DNA of 64,000 nucleotides, taken from the NCBI RefSeq assembly GCF_008831285.2, contig NC_045138.2, positions 25,048,001 through 25,112,000 of the forward strand. The letters are read 5' to 3'. The notes under the pieces were generated by a model. That model saw only the letters and a program-made list of their open reading frames with translations, was not told the DNA's origin and made no database searches. This document shows, piece after piece, positions 44,718 through 55,990 of the stretch. The position numbers and the translations under genes were made by a program. Numbering within the stretch: the stretch's first letter is position 1; each line of letters opens with the position of its first letter. The DNA comes from Nymphaea colorata (lineage: Eukaryota).

Positions 44718-46949
44718 TGTGCAACAGATGAGATGGAGGCTGTTAAGCGGCCAGTCAAATTATGTATCATCAATCACTTTTGTTGTAAAAATGTACAAGT
44801 TGAAGCATGATGGATGCATCACTTAAAGATTAATTAGACCTAAGAAGTAAAACAATCTATTAATTAGTCTCATTCCTAAACTGCAGCACTGGATGGAATG
44901 GCAAGAAACATTAAAAAATCATTAGCAAAAGCAATTTGTTGGACAATTTTTTTTTTCTTTTGGTTGCTAAATTGCTCAGTGATGCCACGGCCACCAATTC
45001 GGCTCGTAGCACATACGTACACGCAAGCTGAAAACATCATTCCAAGTTTTCTTAAAGAATGCTGTCTTAACTCTATGCATGAAATATTGGCGAAGCTAAG
45101 TTCTAGTTTTTCTTTTGAATTCCTGCCTACTCTTTTGTATTAAATTTCTTTTAATCCAAATCAATTGCCAAGACAATTTAGCTAGATTTGTCTGCAATAA
45201 GCTTCTAGCTAGACAATTGTTCCTAAAGTATTAAAATAAAATTTATAAAAAGTTTTTTAATGTTTGAACGAATAACAAATCGTTGTCCAACTTTCAAAAC
45301 AAACAAGTAGGCCCACAATTTTTGAGAGAAAATGTATAAAAAGACCGAGAAAATATTAAGTTTTAGCGGAAGATGAAAAAATGGCCCACGTAGAGAGTAA
45401 ACATATGTATATTTTTTTAAGGAGAGGTATTTTTACTATTTTATGTCGAAAATTGATGCTTTCTATCTGTAGATTGCACTCCAAAATTTCTCTAAAAAAT
45501 TGAGGTCCTTTCAGTTAACTTATAACTAAAAGTTAAACAGTAAATTTTTATGATACTCGACATAATTAGGCATATCTTTTTATAAAGGCTTTATCAAATA
45601 TGATGGTGCATATGTGATTTTAATTCATATAATTTAGTTGATTTGACTTCAGTTGAATGTCGAATTCTGAATTAATTTAATGCACGTTCTTCAAATTGTA
45701 TTTCGTGTTTTAAATGTTTCTGAAAACCAAACGTTAATCCTGTTCATTGGAGATTTGCTTAATTCAATGATATGGCGTTTTAATCCCCTAGCATTAATTA
45801 ATTATTTTTTTCTTTTTTCTTAAATATCAATCTGGAAAAGATTCATGTAATGATGATTATGATTTTTTTTATGAGTTTAATACTTAAGGGTCTAGCATAT
45901 ATATAGATATATATATAGGTTGGTGCAAACCTGACCACTTGGGTAAGTGATAAAAATCAAAACTATTAAAATTAATAAATTTTTCATAATCCGACCTTAT
46001 AGATATGATATTAATTAAGAGTGATTTGGTGAGAAATGTATATTAAGTTAGTCATTTTTCTTACTTAAATAATTTTTTTAAATAATAGAAAATGAATGGC
46101 TCTTACAATATCAAACTTTTGAATGTAGAAAGATCAATATTACTTACAAAATGACTTAAAGTAAAATATAAATTATATTAAATTGGTGTTTATAAAAATA
46201 TTAATAGGTTCACATTTTGTTTAAGATTTTAAGAAGAAATTTAAGAGGTATAGTTTTTATTCCTTACTTAAGTGGTCTACCATCGACCAACACTTTATAA
46301 ATAAATAAATAAATAAATAAATATATATATATATACACACGCACACACGGCAAGCCCGCTAAACACCTTATAAAAATTTCATAAGTATCGAAATAAAGCT
46401 ACCAAAAAGGTTTAAGCCAAACCAAGGATTGTATATAAAGCCTCTCTCTCTCTCTCTCTCAATCGGATCCAAGCTGAATTAGTTTTTAAATCCAAATGTA
46501 GTGCCGGAATCAATATAAAAGGGAGGTAAGTAGAGAAAAAGTGAAAAAGGAGAGGAAACAATAAAAAAACTTAAGTAGGCGAACGATAAGAAAAGGTTTT
46601 GCTTTTTTTTTTCGGGGAAAAATTTCCAATTGAAATATTTAAATTTATAAATTTGTCGAGCTTTAATTTATAAGCCGACACTCAACTTTTGGTAGTTGAA
46701 AAGAAAGATATATACGCAGATGCTTAAGTTGAACACGCATTTTTTTTTACCACTTAAAGAGTTCAAACGGAGAAACATTCGAAGCCAATTTTGCTACTTA
46801 GATGAAAAAAATAAAAAAGGTGAGGAAAAAATTAAACAGGGGAAAAGTGGGAAAAAGGTTTGATATTTGTTTTTTGGGAAATATTTAAATTTATAAATAG
46901 CTCAGCTCGACCTCGATTCTGGTCATTCCGTTTTACAAGCAAATCCAAG

Positions 46950-48247
46950 ATGGAGGTCCATGCAAGGAGCACCACCTTGCTGGAGCCACAATTTCCTGCT
47001 CTTCATCCCAACCTACAAGACCAATTGGTGCCCCTCACAATCTTCGACAAGGCCGCCATGGATTTCCCCATAGCCATTTTGCATGCATACCGTGCCCCTA
47101 CACCCAGCAACGCCACCATCACGGCCGCCCTCTCTCAGATTCTCACCCACTACCCCCACCTCGCCGGCCGGCTAGTCGCCGACGACCAGCGCCGATCTTG
47201 CATGCATCTCAACAATGCCGGCGTGCGCGTCGTCGAAGCAGACATCCATGGAGACTTGGAAGATCATCTTCCTTTGGTGCCATCCTTCGAGCTAACTGCT
47301 CTTCATCCGAAGATAGACCACGCAGAGGAGCTCCTACAGATCCAGCTGAACCGGTTTGCATGTGGGGGGCTGGTGATCGGCCTCACGGTTCACCATCAGG
47401 TAGGAGATGGGCTCGCCATAAGCCTGTTTCTTACCAACTGGGCGAGGGTGGCCAGGGGCCTGGAGGTGGACCCTGTGCCCCTCCATGATCGGGCCATCTT
47501 TGTGCCCAGGGTTCCACCCAAGCCTCTGTTTCCTCACCAGGATATCGAGTTCCATGAATGCACCAGTCTGCCAAAGGCCCCTGGCTTAGTCGAGAACGTG
47601 GTTGCTCACTTCTCACCTGAGTTTGTAAAGAAGCTGAAAGAGTCCACCTCCTGTGCCGATCTTGGTCAGCGGCCATACAGCACATTTGAGTGCGTTATGG
47701 GACATCTGTGGAGGTCTGTAACAATGGCACGTATGAACCTAGAAGGTGAAGTCACAGAACTGAAGCTGTCTGTCAATGGGAGGGCAAGGCTGAAGCCTGG
47801 CGTTCCCATGGAGTACTTTGGCAACTTGGTGCTGTGGGCATTTCCGAGGCTGGAAGTGAGGGAACTGTTGAGTGGGGGACGCAGTTAGCCGCTAAGGCGA
47901 TAAGAGAGGCTGTTATTCCGGTGGACGACGCCTATTTCCGATCGTTTATCGACTTTGGGGCGACGGTGAAGGAAGGGGAGGAGGAGGGTGAGCTCAAGGC
48001 AAGTGTTCCTCCGATTGGCTGCACAGTAAGTCCTAATCTTGAGGTTGACAGTTGGTTGAGGTTTCCATTTAGTGAGATAGACTTTGGTGGGGGAGGGCCC
48101 TGTGCTGTTGTTCCGGCTTGGTTACCTGTGGAAGGCTTGGTGGTGTTGATGCAAAGCCTGGAAGAGAAAGGTGGGGTTGATGCAGTGGTGTCCCTTTCTG
48201 AGGAAGCTGTTCCTCTTTTCAGGAAGATCTACCATGAGATGGATTAA
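46950..48247 (+). pseudogene. BAHD acyltransferase copy 2, intronless, with a 1-nt frameshift in a G5 run at 47874-47878 (recent pseudogene or homopolymer sequencing error); ~432 aa if repaired
   Basis: Frame 1 reads MEVHARSTTLLEP...HQVGDG...EYFGNLVLWAFP...ELLSG, then stops at 47886-47888. Frame 2 continues TQLAAKAIREAV...NLEVDSWLRF...DFGGGG...IYHEMD*. TATAAATA near 46892. Confidence 0.85.
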
Positions 48248-48412
48248 AAATGGTTGCAGGAGAAATCTGGAACCAGCCGAATGCAAGCAAGCACAACAAA
48301 TGGCTAATAAGTTTTCTTAGAAGTTTTTCTTTTCTTGTTCTTTATTTTGAATGAAGTTTGACATATAGACATGCCCAACTTGTGCCACCCAATCTTTGTC
48401 TCTAATCTGTTG

Positions 48413-50345
48413 TCAACAAGTATTCTTAAATAAATAAACATGTATGAAATGATAAATAAACAAGTTTGAAATGTGAGGATCCATAAAATTAATAAGCCAT
48501 GACATTACCAAATCATTTTCAGTTTGCCATTCATCGTATGTGGGACCCGATGTATCAGGGACATGAATCTTATCGGTTATGTAGCCCACATTTGATCTCC
48601 CACTCCAGAATAGCTTTGCAGCCTTAGCCCAGCTTAAATAATTCGAGCCATTTTGAAGGGTAGTGGTGATTTCAAGGTGTTGATTTGCTATCAATAGCAG
48701 CACTTTTTAATCCTCTGGCACTGCTGGACGTTTGGTTCTCACCACTGTTCCGTAACTCAGCCATAGATGCTAAAGGGATCAGGCACTCAGTAGAATTATC
48801 AAAGATTTCACTCTTTTACCATATAAGAATGAACAGGTAAAAATGGAAAACTGTGAAAGAAGAAGAAAGACCAAGAGGATCTACATGGTTCGTCTTTAGT
48901 GCCTACATCGACGATAGAAAAGGAGGAGAATTCTTCATTCTTACTCTTGTCAGGGATAGATAGATATTTTATAAAGAATACATAAGAAATAGAAAGAGGA
49001 TCACCAGCCAACGGTCTTGAATGTCATAAACAACATAGTTATGAAAACTGAGCAGCCATAAACCTTCCTGAAATAATGACCCAACGTCTCTAAAAGGTCC
49101 ATGACAAGAGATCACCTCCAAACTTGACCTAACCATCTCTCCCTCAAGTTGGTGCCAAATATCTATATGTCTCAACTTTCTTGAAATGTTATTAAGTTTC
49201 TCCTTGCTCACAGCTTTGATGAAAATATATGCCAATAGAAGTTCACTTTTAACATGAGGTGTTTCAATGGTGCTACCTTGCATTTTCTTCTTGACAAAGT
49301 GACAATCAACTTCAATATGCTTCGTCCTCTCATGAAAGAAGAGATTTGTACTTATATGTATTGCCGCCATGTTGTTGCACATCAATTTTATGAGTTTCCT
49401 TACTTCAATATTCATGTCCTTCAAAAAGTCTTTTATCCACATGAGCTTGCATTTACATGCTGCCATAGCCTTGTATTCAACTTATGCACATGACCACACT
49501 ATAACTGACTGTTTTTTACTTCTCCATGCAACCAAATTACCACCAATAAATGCGCAAAATTCAAACATGGATTTTTTTGTCATTTGGGTCACCTGCCTAA
49601 TCAACATCAGCATATCTTGTGACATCAAGACACTCATTTCATTTTATAGACATCAAGACACTCATTTCATTTTATAAGGATTCATTTTCCAGATGAACCC
49701 TTTAAATATCTTAGGATTCTGTGGGCTGCCTCTACATGAGTCAATCTATAAACTGACTGATGAGATTTGCAACATATGTGATGCATAGTCTAGAGACAGT
49801 AATGTAAAAGAGCTTCCCCACCAACTTTTGATAGTTTCGAATGTTCTCAATTAAATAGCCATCATCTTTCTTTAACTTGTAATTCACTTTTGTAAGGGCG
49901 TCAACAGCTTTGCTTTCCATGTATCTAGTTTCCTTTAAAGGTCCAAGACTTATTTCCTTTGGCATATGAAAACTCCCTTGTCAAATTGAGCAACCTCAAT
50001 ACCTAAGAAATATCCAAATTTCCCTCAATCTTTGATTTCAAATTGTTTATTGAGGTATTCCTTAATACGCATCATATTCTCTATGCCATCTCTCGCCATT
50101 ATGATATCATCTACATAGACAAGTAGGATTGTTATTTTTGATGCTCGCAATAAAGTGAATAGAGTATAATCAGAAATACTTTCTTGTAGTCGATTTTAAT
50201 AAGAGCTTCACTGAGGCGAGAACCAGGCACCAAACAATTGTTTGAACCCATACAATGTTGTTTAGTTTGCATACATGCCCCTTTTCATTTTTCACACCCT
50301 GAGGAGCTTTCATGTAGACTTCTTCGTTCAAGTCACCATGTAAGA
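48413..50345 (-). mobile_element. Degenerate Ty1/Copia remnant: RT-RNaseH (50345-49147), PPT (49146-49136), LTR (~49135-48822), PBS (48821-48811), gag N-terminus (48764-~48450)
   Basis: LHGDLNEEVYM, NYQKLVGKLFY, FHERTKHIEVDCHFV; purine tract TGAGGGAGAGA; PBS-like TGGTAAAAGAG; gag NGSNYLSWAKA...ENDLVMSWLIN. Many stops and frameshifts. Confidence 0.9.
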
Positions 50346-50384
50346 TACTCACAAGTAGTCCTCTAGAAATTTATATATGCTGCT

Positions 50385-51262
50385 TGGATCAATCACCTGT
50401 TTGCCAAATGCCAAGTCATTCTCCTCAACAAGATGATGAACCAAGCCCTTCCATTGAAAATGAACCTGGAGATTATGGACAACCAAAGTTTATTCCAGAA
50501 CAAGAACCATATTCTATTGCCCGAGATAGACAAAGGGGCACAACTTGGACACCATCCAGATATTCTGAATGTGGCCTTGCTTATGATCTGTTGGCTGCAG
50601 AGGAGAAAGGTGAAGGGAATGAACCAACAAAGTGTGCTGAGGGCATTTCAAGCCCAGACTCTACAAATGCGTGCAGACTATGCATGAAAAGTTACAATCT
50701 CTTCATAAGAACAAAACATGGGTCTTAGTGTCTTGACAAAAAAAGAAAAAGAGAATAAAAAAGAAAGAGACTGATGACAGGCGGGTAAAATATAATGCAC
50801 GACTAGTTGCTAAAGGCAACAACAAAATAGAGGTATTGACTATAATGAAGTTTGCTCTCTTGTCGTTAAACATACATCTATTTGTTTACTTTTGGTTGTA
50901 ATAGCAAAACTTGATTTGGAATTAGAGCAACTAGATGTTAAGACAATTTTTTTGCATGGAGACCTAGATGAGCAAATATACATGCAGCAACCTTAAGGTT
51001 TTGTAGTTAAAGGAAAAAAAAAAAAATCATGTTTGCTTACTCAAGAAGTCTCTATATGGGCTGAAGCTGTCTCCAAGACAGTGGTACTGGAGATTTGACT
51101 CATTCACGCGTAGCCATGACTTTGTAAGAAGCAAGTATGATTCTTATGTTTATTTTAAGAGATTACCTAACAAACCTTTGATTTATTTGTTGCTATATGT
51201 GAATGACATGTACAGAGCTGCCAAAGAAAAGTCTGAAATTGACAAACTGAAGCAGTTACTTA
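50385..51262 (+). mobile_element. Second degenerate Ty1/Copia fragment (RT region), opposite orientation
   Basis: Frameshifted translation gives KNKTWVLV, ARLVAKG, GIDYNEV, ELEQLDVKTIFLHGDLDEQIYMQQP, LKKSLYGLK.SPRQWY, YLLLYVNDM. Confidence 0.9.
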
Positions 51263-52287
51263 GGCATCTATTTGCTGATTTGTTTGTTGAAAAAGATAAA
51301 ATACTTGGTTGATAATTGGCTTCAGGTGCAAGTAGTAGGTCGACTCATCAACAGCCAAATAATGCAGGCATCTATTTTGTTATTTGTTATTTTATAAAAC
51401 AGGATCAAACTTGAAGAAAATAGTACTAAGTTCAACTTAATTGGAGCTGATGGAAACCGCACCTAGGTTTAGGTTGAGGGACTTTGTCGCTTGCTTGATC
51501 AGCAGGCATACGCTCCTACCGTCAAGGACTATGCTTACTTTGGCTTACCTATTAAACAAGCTATTAGCAGCTGCCCTCGGACTCAACCAGCTACACCAGA
51601 CCCATTGAGGTAATAAAAAATTATAGTACTATTTTTACAAAGGGAAAAGTAAAATAAGTTGAAAGATCAGCCCGAAGTATCAGTCCAATGTTACAGAAAT
51701 CAGCTTGAATGGGCGATTAGGTAGGGAATCGATTTAATTCACGGATGGATCCAACAGTACTGGGCACACGCCCTTTAAAATTATCTTTTAAACATTTCAA
51801 TACATTTTATTTCAAATTATATGTTTGTGTTTGTTTTTTAATTATTCTTCTAAAAGGGAATATTTTGATATTTTCAGGGACTCTGTACAACTGATTCAAC
51901 AAAAATGTCCATAAATCGGACAAATATTAGTGACATGAACGACTTATTAGAGCACCGGAAGGTGGTCATAGGGAGGGGTGGCTGAACCTGAAAGACAACC
52001 TCATTAGAGTGCCAGTAAATGCTTTCCCCGCGTTGCTTTTAGTGAAGTCAAAATGTGATATTTCAAAACGACATCATATTGATACAAAATTCACCATATC
52101 CTGCTTGATTAGATCATGGCAAGCAAGTATATCACCCACGGGGGAAGAATTAAACTCAGGCATTTTCTTTTCCGCTTCAGGTTTTTGTAAGGGAATTTTT
52201 GTCTTTATAACAAATTTTTGATTTTTGCCATTTGTTATTTTAGGGGGCCCTTTTTTTCCTCTATCGTTTGGGCTTGGTGCCTAAAGT

Positions 52288-52607
52288 TAAGCCTGTGCAT
52301 CGGGCCGGCCCAACACTTGAAACCCAAGCTCGGGCTTGGTTCGAGTCGGCTCGACACTCAAGATTTGGGCTCGACACGATTAAACTAAAAAAATATATTT
52401 TAATATAAAATAATTTATAAATATAATAAAATATTATATATATATTAATAAAATAAATATTAAAAAAATCAAGCCCAACCGGGCTTATCGGGCCCAACAG
52501 GGCTGGCCCGATAAATTATCGGGCTGGCTCGGTACCCTTTTTTTTCAGATTCGAATTGGGCCGAATACCGGATACTCGTCAGCAGTTCGGTCCGATGCCC
52601 AACCTTA
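52288..52607. mobile_element. hAT-type MITE
   Basis: Imperfect TIRs TAAGCCTGTGCATCGGGCC / GGTCCGATGCCCAACCTTA. 8-bp TSD CCTAAAGT / TCTAAAGT. Subterminal GGCCC/TCGGG motifs around an AT-rich core. Confidence 0.85.
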
Positions 52608-53723
52608 TCTAAAGTTGATTCTAACACTTGGAATAATGGGTAACATCTTTGCCTTAGACCCAAAATTCATCGATTAAAAACAATAAAAGAACTAAATAGA
52701 ATTTTTTAGACTAAATAAATTGGAGAAGCCTGTTTAAGTGGGTGACTTGGCCCAAGTCCAATCCCCAAAAGAAATCTTATTTTTGCAATTTTTCATGCCT
52801 TTTGTTGCAAATTGTTAACCAAGGCATCAGAGAAGGTTATATGTTGTGGCCTGGGAAGGGAGCATTGTTATGATCTTTATATGATTAAAATATCCTCACT
52901 AGTTAAATGAAAAACCCATCCTCCTGTAAGGGCGAAAAAAGAAGTGTGAAAAGAAGATTATCATATAAAATTACAAAAATTTTGCTCTTTAGAATGTGGG
53001 TTTGGAAATAATTAACAAACATTATCATGCTTGGATACTTTAAAATTCTTTTTTCTTAAAGAAAAAAAAAAATCTGTTTCGTGCAGGTTTTCTACAAAAG
53101 CACCCTTAGTTTTGGAAATAATTACCAGAAGCGCTGATACTTAGACTTTTTATGCTTATGCCCGTTGACTTAAACATGGAAAAGCGGTTAATTGAAAATT
53201 TTCAAGATATTTTTCGCGCTTTTGAGGTCATGTAGCTACAAGTTGCCAACATTTTCATTTAAATTTTCATTTTATGGCATAGAAAACAACTTAAAAAACA
53301 AAGAAAAAGAATTTTTTTTCTTTAGGAGTCATTTCAAGGGCTTCCTATCTTATGAATGACTTGGCAGAATAGTTCTCTCCTTCCCCTTCCTTCGCCCTCC
53401 GCAGTGTTGTTCATACCCAAAAGCCGTCAGCCTAATTTGGTGTTAATTAGAAAACAAGTAAATAAACTTATCCTTATGAAAAGTCTTTCTCTAAAAGATG
53501 GAAATTTGCTATAAAAATCTTCAAGTGAATTTCAAAATCGGAGTTGTATGCACATCATCATCCTGTTAAAAGCCGAGTTTACATTTCAGTTATATGGATA
53601 TGATTTCATGTTCAATACAACACAAACTCAAGAAGTTTTGGTTCTGCGGGTTGGATTTTATAAGCCGAGGAAACAGATACTTCATTTTAAAATTATTTTA
53701 AAATATACTGAAAACCCATGTGC

Positions 53724-53923
53724 TTTGGCGGATTCTTTTAAGTTTTTGAACAAGAAAATCACACTCACACACACACACTCTCTCTCTCTCTCACTCACAC
53801 ACACACATACATACACACATACACACACACACATATATATATATATATGTGTGTGTGTTCTTTGGCGGATTCTTTTAAGTTTTTGAACATGAAAATCACA
53901 CACACACACACACATACATACAT

Positions 53924-53955
<32 letters not shown>

Positions 53956-54052
53956 GTGTGTGTGTTCTTTGGCTGATTCGTTTTAAGTTTTTGAACATGA
54001 AAATCACACTCACACTCATACACACACACACACACATATATATGTGTGTGTG
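53724..54052. repeat. Three tandem units, each a ~40-bp unique head plus a (CA)n(TA)n(TG)n compound microsatellite
   Basis: TTTGGC.GATTC.TTTAAGTTTTTGAACA.GAAAATCACAC starts near 53724, 53861 and 53968. Confidence 0.9.
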
Positions 54053-55403
54053 TTTAATAAGATACAATCTCAAAACTTGAATTTGGATTGAGGATTGTCC
54101 ACTCATGAGTACAAAAACCATTTCCTTTGAGAAACAAAAACTAATTGTCTTTCATGTACCTATTGAATAGAAGGGATCGTTAACCATAATCAGTTTTACG
54201 CTTTTTAGTAAGAAGTATAGCAAAGCAATAACAGATCAAATGACAGAAGCAAATTTTGCGTAGAATCAACTACGGTGCAATGTCATTGTAACATCCTCAG
54301 CGAAGCTCCTTCTTACAACTTGGCCCAGCTAGTCCACATGCATTTGATTTCCGGGCGACTCCCTAATTGACAGACATTTAGCATTTAAATGAGAATTTCG
54401 TAAAAGGTTGATAACGCTAAACCATTTCCTTCTCCCAGCAAGTTCTCATATTCGTGGTTTTGCTAAGATCAACGACATCAATGCAGAGCCAAAAAAGTCT
54501 AAACGAGGATAAGCACGAAGACTTGGTAGAATAAAAATCATAGTTGACGAACCCAGAGATTGGACTCCGATCGATAGGCGACCGGGTCAATGGGTCAGCG
54601 AGTTGACTAAGCAATGCGGCTGGGTTAAGCTATAAATTTTTGTAGTGTATTTTTAATGTAATCTTGTTGCGTAATCTAATGGGACTCCGCCCAGCATGGA
54701 TCAACATAATCCTGGTTATAGTTGCTCAACAATTATAACTATGAATGAGGTCATGAATCTAAAAGCACTTGCTTAACTTGATATTTCTCTATCTTTCTCT
54801 TTGTACCAACCACCTGATTCTCCATGGGCCCCTGAATGTTTAGAGATTGATGGTGAAAATATATTTGCAAATGATTTTAATAATTTTCGTCTCCTAATGA
54901 AATTTTTTTTGGCTCTGCCCTACACCACAAGGCTCTAAAATGAAGTTGGTTTCGTTGAAATTGGATCTCAACCATTATGTGAACATGCTGACGAAAGTTT
55001 GTTGATAATAACTCAGAGGTGGACTTTAATTTTGCCTTGGAAAAGAAAGTCCACCGAGAAAATGATGTGAAGTGAGGTCATGACTGCACACAACAGCGAC
55101 GATGTGGTCATCCTTTTACTTAGTCAAGTGCACCAAATGCTAGCCACAAATCATGGCAGTAATTCCAAAGTGGAGATGTTTTAATTTCAAATAAGATAGG
55201 GATAGGGCCGGCAACGCTAGGGGACCTAATTTTTCTACATAGCCTTCCCTTTCACACTATGTATTCCTCATTCTTGTACAAATCAGATTCAGTCTTGTAT
55301 AGGAAATTTATGCGACGCTGTGTATCGGAGAGAATCAGTCATTATTAAGATATTATTTTCTTATTTCTTGACTTTTTCCATTGTTAAAATATTATTATTT
55401 TAA

Positions 55404-55545
55404 TGGGTTGTTTGACAAAGAGAATAATTTTTTTTGTAGCTCTTTAACCCGGATTAGATTCATGGAACACTATGCTACATTATGGTTCAATCTTTGAATC
55501 AAATTCATAGACCATAAAAGACAATTTCTATTGTCAAACGACCCC
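55404..55545. mobile_element. Tourist/PIF-Harbinger-like MITE
   Basis: TIR GGGTTGTTTGACAA / TTGTCAAACGACCC, flanked by TAA on both sides. Confidence 0.8.
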
Positions 55546-55990
55546 TAAGATACAGTTTTTTTTTTTTCCTACCAAACCCTTGATGATGCTTCTGACACAG
55601 ATGTGTGCTTACCACCACTTTTTTAAGTTTCTAACAAGAATTAATTGGATTGCCATAGTTGTTTTTATCATTCTTTGTAAATGGTTCATCTAGGTAGTAG
55701 CGGAATTACTGTGTGATTGGTGTGAGCCACTGCCCACGCCAGCCCATGAAATCATGTATCTTGGACTAATGCTCAGCTAGGTCCAGCCACATATGGTATC
55801 TACACCAAACCTAAGTTAGTGCCCTGCAAGCATTCATCCTCCTAAACTGGAGATCGGTTAGTGCTCCTCAACCAAAATTTTCGCCTCAAGGGTGCACTTC
55901 CTTTTACAAAACCAAGTTTTATCAATACTCAGATTTTCTCAAACACAGTTTTGATGACACCAGAAGACCCCCCAAAAACCTAATTTTGAA

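Larger units (their letters stand above)
51265..54240 (+). repeat. Diverged direct duplicate of 42200-44130 (non-coding)
   Basis: Collinear shared blocks: GACTCATCAACAGCCA, ACTCAACCAG.TACACCA, TTCTCTAAAAGATGGAA.TTTGCTATAAAAATCT, CAAAATCGGAGTTGTATG, CATGAGTAC..AA.C.ATTTCCTTTGAGAAA. Confidence 0.85.

Noticed and set aside
53548..54121. ORFs rich in THTH/CVCV
   Set aside because: Translation of compound microsatellites.
54539..54743. Possible hAT MITE (CATAGTT...AACTATG)
   Set aside because: Only 7-bp termini and no matching TSD; plausible but not supportable.
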